A stretch of 64,000 nt of DNA, taken from positions 62,001 to 126,000 of the forward strand of contig NEEC01000014.1 of the NCBI GenBank assembly GCA_002189035.1. The letters run 5' to 3'. This document shows positions 13,015 through 28,295 of this stretch, in pieces. Made by a program: the position numbers and the translations under genes. How positions within the stretch are numbered: the first letter of the stretch is position 1; each line of letters opens with the position of its first letter. This DNA comes from Utricularia gibba (taxonomy: Eukaryota > Plantae > Magnoliophyta). The notes under the pieces were generated by a model. It saw nothing but the letters and a program-made list of their open reading frames with translations, had not been told where the DNA came from and did no database searches.

Positions 13015-13038
13015 GGGGAATCAAGGATCCTGGTCCGA
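13015..13038 (+). ncRNA. Candidate miR165/166 endogenous target-mimic site in a putative lncRNA (about 12890-13400)
   Basis: GGGGAATCAAG[GAT]CCTGGTCCGA pairs with miR166 UCGGACCAGGCUUCAUUCCCC: positions 1-10 perfect, 3-nt bulge between 10 and 11, one mismatch at 14. TATA-like TATTTATA at 12856-12863. Transcription is not demonstrated. Confidence 0.6.
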
Positions 13039-13407
13039 GTTTAGTTTTACTGTTACAATCGGAGTCTCACTGTCATAACCATGCATTTATCCCTCCTCTA
13101 GTTGATTTTCCGGTCGATCGATGTCTTGTGGAAGATTTCGGTGATTTTTCCGTGTCCCCGGTCACAGCTGCTGCTCAGCGCTGCGCTCACTCTTCTGGGC
13201 GTGTTGCATTGCAATCTGAAAATACATTTCGTGTGTTCAACACACAACATCATACAACATACGGCGGTTTCTCACTTGCGATCCAACAAGAAAATGGAGA
13301 GCCCGCGATATCTTCCCTCTGTAATCACACCTTTTCAGCACTACAAAAAAAAAACAAGAGAAAACAAAGAAAAGGCTTTGCTCCTGATGAAGTTTGCTAG
13401 TTCCTTC

Positions 13408-16137
13408 TCACGCTTTGTGCTCTGTGCGAATGTACGTACGAAAAGAATTCTGAGGTGACACAGTTTTTCCATTCACGAGCACTTGCTCCAAGAAATCCAC
13501 ACGCACGGACGTGAACTCGTACTTCTGATACACCAAAAGAAACATGGGCGACCAAGCAAGCATTCATGCCACCGCCGCATAGATAACGCTGGGAGAGAAA
13601 ACTGCATACCTTCCCCTTCCATGAAAAGTCCACGTGTTGGTAATAAGGGTCTAAGACAGTGACTTGATCCCCTTCTTTAATCTGAAACATGATCGTGATC
13701 GGCAAGCAATTTAAATCATGATTCACTAAACAGCATGCTTAAATTGTAGAACTGATAAGGGTCCCACCGCTTCCTTCTTTATTGCATACACGGAAAGGAC
13801 GTAACATGTCTCACTTGAATCACGCAGCAAATAGTAACTGTTACAGCAAAACAGTGCGATCTCAGAATGAAACATGGAAAATGTGTACAAACGACAAGCC
13901 CTCCGCACAACACACGTAGGATTAGCAGCAGTACACGGTGCAAAAAATGACAGATTTTGAGTAGGAAGAAATGACTCACAAGGGTGAGATATTGCTGTGC
14001 TTGAGACTAAGGGCAACATTTCCTACGATAGCAACTGCTTTGTTTAGACCTGTATGCAGATTCTCTATTTTCTCTCTTCGGTATGGAGGATTCACTAACA
14101 CGCAAAAAAAAAAAAGAAATCCATCACGAGTTCATCTTACAAAAATGAAAAAAAAAATACTTGTAGAATTTCAGTTTCCTTACAGTTGACACTCGCCAGC
14201 GACGAGACCAAGACAGCCAGCTGTTTAATCTTGGTCTGTGACTGGAAAGCAAAGAGACAGCTTTGATTAAATTGTGGGAGACCATATGATTCAGAACACG
14301 CACAAGGCTCGTTCATAACAATAAAAATTATACGCCCAAGAACGCTCAGTAGGCAACAACCGACAACAAACAATCATCTAAATGCAGACAACAAAGAACC
14401 ATCTAAAATGCCATCAACGCCAAGGCTGAGTAGGTTTACCAAGCTCGTTCAGCACACATTCATAGCCACGCGTGTAAGAATGTTTCAACATAGGACTACA
14501 TCATGTTCCACTAAATTAGCCATCAAATCAAGGTTTTCCATCACAGAATCATATATGCAAAATGTCGTCAAAGAAAATAGAAAACAGCAGTCAGAATGGA
14601 ATGTAAACCAGTATCTGCTACATAAGCATCTCACGCGAAGTGAACTATCAATTTTGTCAAGAAGTTCAACGATCTTAGCCACTTCCTGCATAGCATTGAG
14701 ACCAGGATCCCTCAGCGCAGCAGCTTCAAATCCACTCAGGGCTCTATCGTAGTTCTCCAGACGCTTATGTACCTGCGTTTAAATTAGTTTTTTTTTTAAA
14801 TAACAAGGAATCATACGGATAACTTTTCTTTTAGTAAGAAGCATACTAAAGAAGCTGATGAACCAAAAACATTAGCATCCCAGGAAAATGAATCAAATGA
14901 GAAATTGGGCTGAAGGGAAGCAGCATACGATTAAGGGATATCAAAAACAGGCGATTAAATAACCCCATACAGTAAACCAAACATTCTCTAAAATTTCATA
15001 ATGGCTGTTCAATCTAGGCAAAGGCATGGTCTTACTATAGCACAGTTGAAATAGAGGTCAGGATTTGAGGTCATTGTCACATCTTTTTCCTGAAAAATGG
15101 CATATTTATGTCCCAAAAATAAATAATGTGGACAGTAGGTCAAATGAAAACTGTTGAACTATGAACGTACAGCTTGCTGGTACGCTTTCAAAGATTGGGA
15201 AAGTTTCCTATGGTCCCATGATCCGGTGACAAAAAAGGATGTGAGGTAAGCATTTCCTAGGATATCTGCAATTACGAATAAGATGGATATTCAGAAATTT
15301 CAGTTATGCAGCATATTATCTTTTTCAATACTCACACCATGAGTTTCCATCCGCCACATCCAAACCAATAGCCTCCTTTGCATGCATTATGCTATCATCC
15401 ACAAGTTTGGCCTGGTCCTCTTCAGGTCCTGGAAGGCGGGAAACATTCAATCCTCTCTATATATGCTAGAAAGGAAATAGTAATCTTGCCTTGGGCCAGT
15501 TTCCGTTCAAGCATCGAAAGATGACAAAGAAGTCCCTTGTTTGGGCCCTAAAAGTAAGAATTAGAGTGAACATCTACAGTAAGAGAAAATCTTCCTCCAA
15601 ACTCATGGCATTAAAGACAATGACCTTGCTCAACCCAAGCATAAAACAATTCTTTGCGGAAGCTAAATCCGGTTTCTTCCAAAGGCAAGTACCTAAACTT
15701 AACCAAGCGCCTGCATTCGATGGGTTCAGCTTCACCTGAACATAAACTACAAATTCAGCTTCGATAATGATTCATTTAACTGAAGCCATTCTAACTCTGT
15801 CGGTATACGCTTCACTCACAGCCTTGGAAAGATGATCTTCTGCTTCTTTCTTGTACTCAGGTAATGCATCTAACACTTTTCCTCTTAGATACTCATAAGT
15901 TGCTCTTTCCACCGGCGTCCTCCTTTTCTCTGTAGTAATGGCAATTCAAAACAGATCACGCAAAAATGCTACACTCCGTGCAGAGACAAACTCTAAACCT
16001 GGTGGAATTTCGTCGAGCATCTGGAGGATGTGATTTGATTCATCGAGTAGCTTTGAGGTTTTTTCATTCGGATTTGCTGGAAAATGCGTGTCCCGAATCC
16101 GGTAGAGTTCCTCGACAGCCCTTGCCGCCGCTTCCAT
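13408..16137 (-). CDS. TTC5: Tetratricopeptide repeat protein 5-like (TPR plus C-terminal domain), multi-exon
   Basis: ELYRIRDTHFP, YEYLRGKVLDALPEYKKEAEDHLSKAVKLNPS, NYDRALSGFEAAALRDP and SVRVDFLEQVLVNGK; stop at 13408-13410. The start codon is uncertain. GC donor at 15489 and an apparent +1 indel at 15546-15549. Confidence 0.85.
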
Positions 16138-16400
16138 CGCATCCCCAGTGTTCTTCAGTGTAGTTCGATGTTCAGAATGAACTGCCGCGAATGTGAGCCA
16201 GGACGCCCAAATAATAATCTCTAAAATACACCAGACGGTGAGCCACCGCGCAACGCGCCAAAGCGTAACGTGCACCGAAAATGCGCCGCTAACGTGAGCA
16301 CTGGTGTTGCAGCTGTGTGATTCTTTTATTGGACGACTTGAGATCAGGGTTGGAGAAGGCGTAACAATGGCGGGACGGGAATGGAATGAGAGCAGTGCAG

Positions 16401-19400
16401 TCATGATGACCATTGATCCGGAACTGTTAGAAAATAGGAAGTCATGGCTTTTCTGAATCTTTTTTTGTATTGTTTTGGCGAAACGATGGTCGGAGACGCG
16501 TTCTTCGGCCCCCCTCCGCCGAGTATCCCCGACGCCTTCACCCATGTCTCCAGCTGCTTGTCCCAAGTGTACTGCCTCATGAAGTCTATTATCCCCATCA
16601 CCAGCTCCTTCCTCTCCTCATCAACTCCCACCAACAACGAGTAGTCCATCACGTCCACTGACTGCATTGCCATTTTACACCAACTCAAAAACACATGTTG
16701 CATATGTAACTGATTCACAGGCTGCAAAGTATCTGGCTTCTTACTGCGAGAAACGAAGTATCGTTCCAAACGGCTCTCTCGAGGCTCCGCTTTGCTTTGC
16801 TCCCCACGAAGATCGGATTCCTGCCTACTGTTTCCAGCAGATTCATGTCCAACAGCACCTTGCCCCTCCCCTGTGTGTCCGAAATGTAGCGAGACCGAAG
16901 AGACCCTTTTAGATCGTACACTTTGGATATGTTTCTCTTGTAGAAGAGATTCTCCATCACCATCAAGTCCATCTTCTTCATCTCCTTGCCTCCTTTCACT
17001 TGCCTCACTGTAACCTGCAGGAGTGAATGAAAACCGCTGCTCACCTTAGCTTGTAAAAGTCAGGTCAGGGATATGATGAGGTTCTGAACCTGATACATGC
17101 CGAGGACTTTTGCGAGGCAAGTTGGGCTCCCGGAGTTGAAGGTTTCACTCATGTACTTGAAGTAGTCAGGGCCAAATTCTTCAAAGCACTCCAGCTCTGT
17201 TTTAGTTACCTGCTTAATGACCAGACGCTCGTCCATTGACTTGGCGAAGTAGACATTGCTCTTTCCGCCTTGAGCTCCCCATTTCCTGCACCGGCTGAGT
17301 GACCGTATGAAATCCATTTCACTGGGGCAGCATTTCCTTCTAAGCTCATCGAACTCCCTGGCAAAATAACACGTCACAGAAAACTTGACCTTCCCAGTTG
17401 TTTTACAAGCTTCATCCTCAAAAGAAATCTGAAGATGAGGAGAACGGTTGTGGTCCTCAAAGCTAAAACTTCGATGTTTAACGAGATCTGGATCTATTGA
17501 ACCAGAGGAACGCCAGGAAGAAAGACCAGGAGCTAGTGTATTCGACTTCTTGTTGAGAACCCCACTCAAGGGCTTAAAGAGGATCCGGTTGTCATACTCT
17601 TTGGAACTAAGAGCATATGCTATTATGCTGGTTGGATCCTTGACAAGGTCCAGAGAAACAACATCCTCCAGGCCATTTTGCGGAGTCATCAAACTTGCTC
17701 TCCCTTCAGGAATAAATAGTGCAGAAGTAGATAGGCCCAGTTTCCCAGATGCGCATGGAGATAATTCAGGACTCCCAAGTGTTCCAACAGGATCCCTGAT
17801 CATTTTCCTGTATTCCCCAGAGGCATGGAAGGACCTTAGAGTATTCAAATACAGGGAAGAAGGGGGAAGTCCCTTCCTAATTCTTTCTTGGTTTCTCTGA
17901 GAAGAATCAAAGGAATAAACTCTTGTTGTTCCCTTCAGCCTTCTAATAGATGGACTTTCTCCTTGATTCGTTAGCCTTGAGGAGAACGTGCAAGGATCTT
18001 CCAGACAGTCATCATCTTTAGTCAGTGATGGATATACACCGGACCATGCAGAATCTATATGGTCAGAAAGAATGGATGCAGCAGATGGTCTTCGAACTAA
18101 TGATGTATTACTTTTAAAAGCATTTTCCACATCTTTACTGCAAATTTTCTCCCCTTCTTCCACATACTCAGATGGAAAACTTGACGCATTTGGCTTGTCC
18201 GCATCATTAATCTCAACCACATTACCTGGACAGCTAACACTGCATGCGTCTTGATATTCACTTGGAGATTCAGAGCTGATGGTTCTATTGATTATGTCCT
18301 CAAGAACATGTAAACGGCAATCCCATGATTGGGAGCACATTAGAAGAGAGTGTCTCAGATTACTTATCTCCTCGGAGGCTGACTGATCCAATCGTCCAAT
18401 ATCTTCATTAATTAGCTGTTGTAGATCCTGCAAGAGCAATTATAAGATCATAGAGTAAATAATTGTTATCCGTATTTACACAGAAAACAGGAACAAAGCA
18501 ATGTAGACAGTGCCATGTAACTTTTAACTATACTCAGAAACAATCTACTAGCCTCCGGCACAAAGTGTCACAGATGAAGTCAAATAGCTGAAGCTGAAAC
18601 ATGATGCTTACTTTGAAATAAATCTTGTCCTTGACAAGCATTTTGTTTAGCTCACTGAAACGGCCATGCAACTCATCGCTATCAGGGAATCCATCCAACC
18701 CAACCAAGCTTTTGATCTGAAATGCCTTAAGAATACTTGACACCTCCATAATCAATGCTTCAACTTTTCCAAAAAGCTGTAACATAAAAAAAAAAAAGCC
18801 ATCACAAATGTGTTTCTAACCACATGCATTACTACATTAAGCTGTTACGCTTCTCTCTTGATGACTAGGGAGTAGTTACAAACCTCATATGCTTCCTTCT
18901 TGATACATCTTTGTTCCTCGGGGTGGTTGAATTCAAGAATTGGAGGTGGCAAGTAAACGGAAAGGATATCAATGTGAGAGTATTGAAAGGAAGCGATCAT
19001 ACTACCAAACCTGCAAATGACCACAAAAGGGGAAAAGGTGAACCATGTACTACACAGCATTTACAATCATTGAAAACAATCTTATGAAGTATTAATGAAC
19101 TTCATACCATAAAACCTGAGACAGTCTCGTTGTAATGAATGGCCGCAAGTAGCAACACGATTTCCAGTTATATGGTTATAGAAACTAAGTTCAAGAAATT
19201 TGGCAAAAGAAAGTCCCCAAGCAGCATCAGACATTACAACTCTTCCTGTGGCTGGTGGAACTCCTTCCACAAGTTCACACTGTAGGCATCGATGCCACAT
19301 CCATATCTTTCCATCTTTTTCCCCAGGCAGCTTGAATGAGAGAAGGTGCCTCACTTTTATCGTAAGATTTGCATTCTGGTGAGTATAACATATGACATGG

Positions 19401-22372
19401 GATTCAGTTGGTTCATTGCAGGATTTACAAAGAAACGCCTGCTCAGAAAAATCAAATTAAACATTAAGATACTAGAAATGAATTGAGAAAACAGTAAAAA
19501 CCATACAACAAAAATTTCACCTGATTAAATAGATCATCCCTAAGATACCTCCCTAGTGGTTTGTCTGAAGGCCCATAAAATTTCACTCGAAGTAGCCGAG
19601 TCCGTTCACATGTAGTTCCATTGACCATGCAGTGGCTAGAGAATGAAACTAGTATGCTATGATGGTTATCATTTGGTAAACATTGTTCAGCATCGTCATC
19701 TTTTATGGAACTAGAGTCTTCGACTTCACTTATATGGTTCTCCCTGAGGTAAATTGATTCCTTGGTGGCCGGATTTGAATAACCGGGCTTACCTGCTCCC
19801 AAGCCAATAGCATGAGAATCTCCACATTCTTGGAATATTTCCCTTTTGTATCCAAGCTCATCAGGCACAGGAAAATAATCGTGGTTACTATTCCCAAGCT
19901 CAGACCAGGATTCTTCTAATCCAAGTTCCAATAAAAGATCCAGTGAACCAGGATCATTCCTAGAGATGCAAGCTTCTTCTTTATGACCAATACTTACCTC
20001 ACAGTCAGCAGACTTTATACAGCTGTCCATCTTGGGCAAAATAACACTTGGTGGATTCAAATCGATCTCAGGAAGACTGGCGCCTTCATCAGCAAGAAAA
20101 GATGTTTCTAATGATAAATGGTGCGCAGCAAATACAGCATATTGTACCACATGTTTCACTTTCTTCAATTCTTCATTGGTAGAGCCCCTAAGCACAATCT
20201 GAAAAATAAACACAGATTAAGCCTTTCGATTTATAGAAATAGAAGATGCAGAGATGGATGAAATGACCAACTGAAAATAATGTTCCTGAGGTAGTTCAAG
20301 CAAAATACCGTGCAACCTAAGCGCCTTGGGCAACCTTCGAAATACATAAGAGTTTTTGATGGCTTTCTGTTCAGTTGATTGGAAGACCCATGATCTTCAG
20401 AGACTCTCTCCAAATGGAATAATTCACAATGGCCCAATCTTGCCATGGAGATATGATCAGTCGATGGAGTTATACTGGCACCCGTGCATCGAGCAATCTT
20501 CTCCAATAAGGGCCTTTTAACATTAAGAACCAGAGATATCTCTTTTTTGAGCAAATGTTCCAAAGCGCAAGAAGATACAGTTTTCTCAACGACCAGAACG
20601 TTGGGATGATGTGCCTCAATCTTTGATACAACAGTCTTCAGATGATCATTTTCCTGATTCAAATGTCATATTCCCATTATACTCAAATTAATCGAGTAAA
20701 ATAAAATTTTCAATAAGATTACAACCTGTTGTAACAGTGTCTGGACAGAAGCCAGGAGATTAGGTACTCTTTGATACTCCAAAGCTCCTCCCAAGATCAA
20801 TAATCTAGCATTTTTGTACTCAGATATCATGCGCTTGTGTTTTATATTCTTCGTACAGACTATTCCCTTGACAAGTTTGCTACAGATACAGAAGACGAAA
20901 ATGCAACTAACTCAGGCAAAATAAGAAAATAGTTAGTTCAAAATTAGAAAAAGTGAACAATCCATTTCGGTCCGGAAGATTGCTTGAACTCATAACTAAA
21001 AATATGTCCAGTGGACCTCATTAGTGACAGGAATATCCAAAGATTACCTCTCACCAGGACTTCCTGATGCTACACATTTGACCTTGACATAGTCACAGGG
21101 ATCCATGCTGCCTCCGCTGCTAGTATCAGGCTTTATGTATTTTGCAGCTTTCCATGCTATTGTTGTGATCACATCAAGCCATTCCCCATCATTTGTTGAC
21201 CCTAGATGTTGTGCCTCCAAGAGCTGGGACACAAGAGCTCTAAAATGCTCCTGTATTAGAGGCTTTATTGGGTCCTTGTGATCAAGATCATTCATAGGAA
21301 CTAAGGCATCCACATCAGCAAGCGGAAGGCAAACCTGACCCGAACCCCCAACATCATCATCATCATCTGTACATAAGTGGCTTTCGAACTCACCATTGAT
21401 ACCCTCAGGAGGAGGAGGAAACCAAATAAGACTGTTGGTTTCAAAATTCAATGGCTTAAACCACTTTTTATTCTCCTGCCGAAATTGAGTCGGACAATTG
21501 GAATCCCAAATCCTTTCAGCAAGCTTATTCGGAAGAAAAAGTTCCTGATTATGTGAGCTATCATGTAGAGAACTAGAGTTTTTATCTTTCTGTAGGCCAT
21601 CTCCACCAGAATGAAGATGGGGTCCTGTTTTCAATGAATGTGCCGGTTCCACAGACACAAAACTGTAAAACACGTCTCTAGAACTTACAACACCTGAGTC
21701 AAGCTCAGAATTATCATTAAAGTATTCATTTAGCACACCGAAAAAACTACTGGATGAATCCTCCCCCTCATCATCATCATCACTCCTACACAATAAAGGG
21801 ACACTTTAGAGAAATCCATATGGTTTCAACTAAAATGGAAGATTCGGCTAATCTCTTTTGGGAGTATGCAATTTAAATAAATAAGAATATACTTTGATGC
21901 AACAAAGCTTGGAGCTCGAAAATACATGGATCAATGGCTCAAGATGGAATATGAAAAACAAATCGTTTCTTTACCTGCAGGGAGGGCACTCGACTAATAC
22001 TGGGGGTGGATGAATGGAGGATGGCACATCACTGCCTCTTGTCAGAGGACTTGGAGAATTAACACCAAATCCCTCACCACTAATACTTGGTGACGGTGGT
22101 TCAGGGTTTCCTCTTGGAGACTCAGATGGATAGATTTTATCACAGCAATTTCTGCTACTTTTGCGGAGTACAACACAAAGTTCGCACATCTTCATTCTCG
22201 ATCCAGCATTTGCTGTGTTTTGTGAATGCACAGGCAGTGCTTCGCTCAAGGAATCAAGTTCTTCGATATAATTCTCACAGAAGAAGCTTTTGCAGCTTTT
22301 GCAACAATACTTGGGACAAGACTCAATCATGTCCCCACAACAGCAACATGTGTCTCTATTTCTATCCATCAT
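16401..22372 (-). CDS. FAB1C: PtdIns3P 5-kinase FAB1C type (no FYVE domain), multi-exon
   Basis: [18 protein letters not shown]-like [50 protein letters not shown] and [10 protein letters not shown]; C-terminus [36 protein letters not shown]. Apparent -1 indel at the donor at 19107. Confidence 0.92.
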
Positions 22373-23674
22373 CTTCAGCCCAAAAAAAACCGGATGTTAA
22401 AAAGCTCCGTGTGAGGCTGGTATCAAACTGTTTCTACCTAGGCAAGCTGTATTAGACTCGTTAAAAGGCTCTAAAACCCACAATAAAAATAGTGGATTTT
22501 TCGTTTCCCAAAGGAGCAACCAGATGCCTTCTCTTTCTCTTTCCAAGCGAAAGATCTAACAGAACGATAACCAACCACAATATGGGTGACTTCCACAAGC
22601 AGGATCACAAAATACTGCCACGAGAAAACTAAAAGCCGCCACTCCAACTCAAAATTTTTATATTTGTAATTACAGGTATGAAGACAACCATATAACAAAA
22701 CACGCCAGAATTTTTGCTGACAAAAATTCAGTCCGTCCCAAAAACAAGAATGGAAATTTTCTAACTGAGTTCGATTCCAGTTGAAAATCCAGAGATCGGT
22801 TTGAGTGTCCCAGATCGGATCAAGACCCACCTATCAAACGAAAGCAAGCGAAAGTGAAAAATCGAGAAGAGGATAAACTTAGACCCAGAAGGCGAATGGA
22901 ATCAGCACATTGAATTTAGCACAGCCGGAGGAGGTTATCCGCCAAGACACTATGGCCCAGGTAAAAGAAAATCGTGGAAGAGGTAAACATGGATACAGGA
23001 CCGTGGACAGGCTACAAGAGAGGAGGGGGAAATAGAATGTTGTAAAGAAATGGGTAAGCGGATAGGAGAATCAAACAGGGTATGATTCCTAGATGACATA
23101 GAGGGTGCGGATAAAAAGCAAGAACAGAAAGAGCACTGAAAAGGCTCCTTTTCTGGCGGCAGCGCAGCAACCGGTAGCAGCTCGCATCTCCACGACCATT
23201 TGTTTCTCCCTCCCACTAAAGACGCATCAACCGTCGTTCAATCCCTCTCCCCAGGAAAAGCAAACGAAGCTTGTTAAAGAGGGTTGTGTAGAAAAGATGG
23301 CATCTGCATACAAACCCCAGGCAGGTTCCAACTCGTCGCTATCGATCAACAAGGAAGGGCGCAGGAGAGGAGAAGAAAAGGAAACACACTTGGCTTTATT
23401 GTATTTGCCGTCCCCAAATGGTTTTATTTTTTTATTTTTTTAATTGGCGGTGACTTGGCGTCTCATTGGTAGTGGGCCCACGGCCTACATAACATAACAA
23501 CATCCTTTGCGGTGGCGGTAATAATCTATGGGGCGTTTGGATTCTTCCCGGCGGTAAGAAAAAAAAAGAATCATGGATGGACAGGCAGAGGCTGCGCTGC
23601 TTGGCGAAAAAAGTAATGCCTGTTGGAGTTGGACATGCGTGTGCTGCAGTGCCAGTGATGGATAATCCCATCCC

Positions 23675-23692
23675 GGCGGCGGCGGCGGCGGC
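23675..23692. repeat. (GGC)6 microsatellite
   Basis: Directly visible in the FAB1C-PDIL divergent intergenic region. Confidence 0.85.
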
Positions 23693-24432
23693 GCTCCTGG
23701 TCCCCGTCCCCCAACCAATATTCATTCATTCGTTCTTTCCTCTTCCGGTTTTCCCAATATTGCGGCAGGGCACCCCGGTCCATTCCTCGCTCACTCAGTC
23801 ACAGCACATTGGCATGGACGGGATGGGGATGGGGATGGGGATGGTCAGACTCGGCGCGCTGCCACTACAAAAACGTGATCCAAAGAAAACCAGGGCAGTT
23901 ACTACCAAGTGCAATTATTTACTTACAGAGGGGGGCTGGGCAGGGCAGGCAATGAATTAGCTGATGATGTTAATGACAGCGCCTTCCAGCAGAAAAATAC
24001 GATTTGGAATTGGTTAAGTTCACCAGACAGAGGGTTTGGGAGTGGGGATCAGGGATGGAGCCAGGTGCTTGTTTCCTTTTGGTTCACCACACCACACCAC
24101 ACCACACCACAGCTCAGCTGGTTTAGTCGAATCGGACTTTGCCTCCTCCCCACCTTATCTAAATAAGACATTATTATTTTGGGAATTACCGAAATAGACA
24201 CTCGGGCTGAGTGCAGGCTTCGGCCCACTGGAACTCGAAGACAGGCCCAAACATCAGCCCATTTCCAACCTCCCCACAACGTGGCGCTCCCCAATAGGGC
24301 GCACCACGCAGGGTTGACTTGTTACGTGCGCTGCAGCCTACAGCAGTAGGATTGTGGAAGTCGCGCTGAATGCTTCCTGTTTCTTAATACCGACTGGTGG
24401 AATTGGAATTGTGACTGCAAGTGGAAGCGCCA

Positions 24433-26706
<2,274 letters not shown>

Positions 26707-28295
26707 TAACCTATCCGCAGCTGCTGATGCCCATGAGTGAGCGAGGTATCTTGTTGATTCTCTGGATCGCTGCGCAAATTGTACCAAAGAAAGGAGAGCA
26801 ATAATCCAGTGTTCGACATAGAGAGCAGGTTTCTTTTTCTATTTTTTTTCCCCTAAAGCTACAACCAAACCTTGGCATGTTGAGATCATTCACCCCCTTT
26901 ATGGCATGTGACATTTCCTCGTAGACGAAGATCTCTGCTTCTTCAACCATCTCCACATCTTCAATCCAATCAGAGTTTCCGCATCAGAAGCAATGCCGCT
27001 TCATTCCCACGTAAAAACTCATACCCAGAAACCATCTGCAATCCCATCATAATAAGTGATGTCACAGCTACTCATGAACTATTGGGTGACTACAAGAAGG
27101 CGCGTTAATCCTCAACGCAAAAAAAAAAAAAAAAAAAGCGAGTTTGTGAACACATACCGCTTTCTATCGAACTATTTCGACCCAGAATTAGAGCAGTCAA
27201 AAAAAAAAAAAAAATTGGCAAGGGGATCACCAGATGTAGAATGAAGAGCTAAGAAGAATCAGCATCCATGGCGCGAAACATTCAGGCTCCGGAATAAGGG
27301 TGGAGGTTGATCCTATCTCATACTTATCGTCGCTGGTGAAATCAGACAAACGAAAGGACGGGTGATCGACAAATCCACCTGAAGAAGGGGGGATCCTGTC
27401 TTCTTCCTACAGGAGGAAGACATCGTTCATTTATTGTCTAGATCTTCATTGCAATGCCAGATGTTCTCTTCTTACTTGCCTGTCCAAACTAGACTATCCC
27501 TGAAATTCGCTGATGTCCACAAACTCGGCGTCGAGTTTCCACTTCTGTCTTCACTCCTCCCAAATTCTCTAAGGATATGCGTATGGTAAACCTGCGGAAC
27601 ATCCATCCAGGTTAGGCTACCCCTCGGGAAATTCACATGAGATGCAATACGGCACCTTTTCCATTCATTGGAGTGTGCAACTGAAGCTATATGGATGAGG
27701 TGTCTCCGTGATCCTTCTTTCAATTCACGTTATAATTTTTCTAACGGTCACCTTTTTGAACGCCCTTTCTCTAACGGCAACTGCGTAACTCTCTGCAGCT
27801 TTCCTTTACTTCAGTTCAAGAGCCATCACGATCGTCACTTATGCGCTCCAACGGTCTCTTGCTGTCCGCGTCCCCTAAAACCTCGGGGGAAATAAATTAA
27901 AACTCTTTACTTCTATGTCTGCATTTTTATTTTTTGGGAGTCTCGAATTTTGGGAAACGATCACCACCAGAGCGGCGAGCCTTTCGGAGGTGTGGGATTC
28001 AATGAATAATTAGTAAACAAGGGTGGAAAAAGGAGAGGTAGTTGACAAAGCCATGCCTGGCCGCAGAAATCAAACCAAGTTCTCATTTTTTTTTTCCTCA
28101 AGTTTCTCCTGCATTTTTTTCTGTCTTCTTTCCAAGAAAGCAGAGAGTGTTGCGGATCTGGCCTGCTTCTTCACGTCGGGAGGAACTGTTCTGCACCTTA
28201 AAAGGCAAGTTCTACAGGTGCTAGAGCTTACATTCTCATTTCTTGCATTGTTTGATGTTGAAGGTTTGTGATTGGCAACCGTAGTGTTATTCTTC

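Noticed and set aside
12990-13250. Possible MIR166 hairpin
   Set aside because: No mature miR166 downstream on the plus strand and no star arm upstream on the minus strand; only the bulged complement is present.
27119-27213. Poly(A) runs as retroposon tails
   Set aside because: No TSDs or SINE/LINE body; better explained as minus-strand intron T-tracts.
27571-27578. ATATCCTT on the minus strand, a U12 donor-like motif
   Set aside because: No CCTTAAC branch plus AC acceptor downstream.
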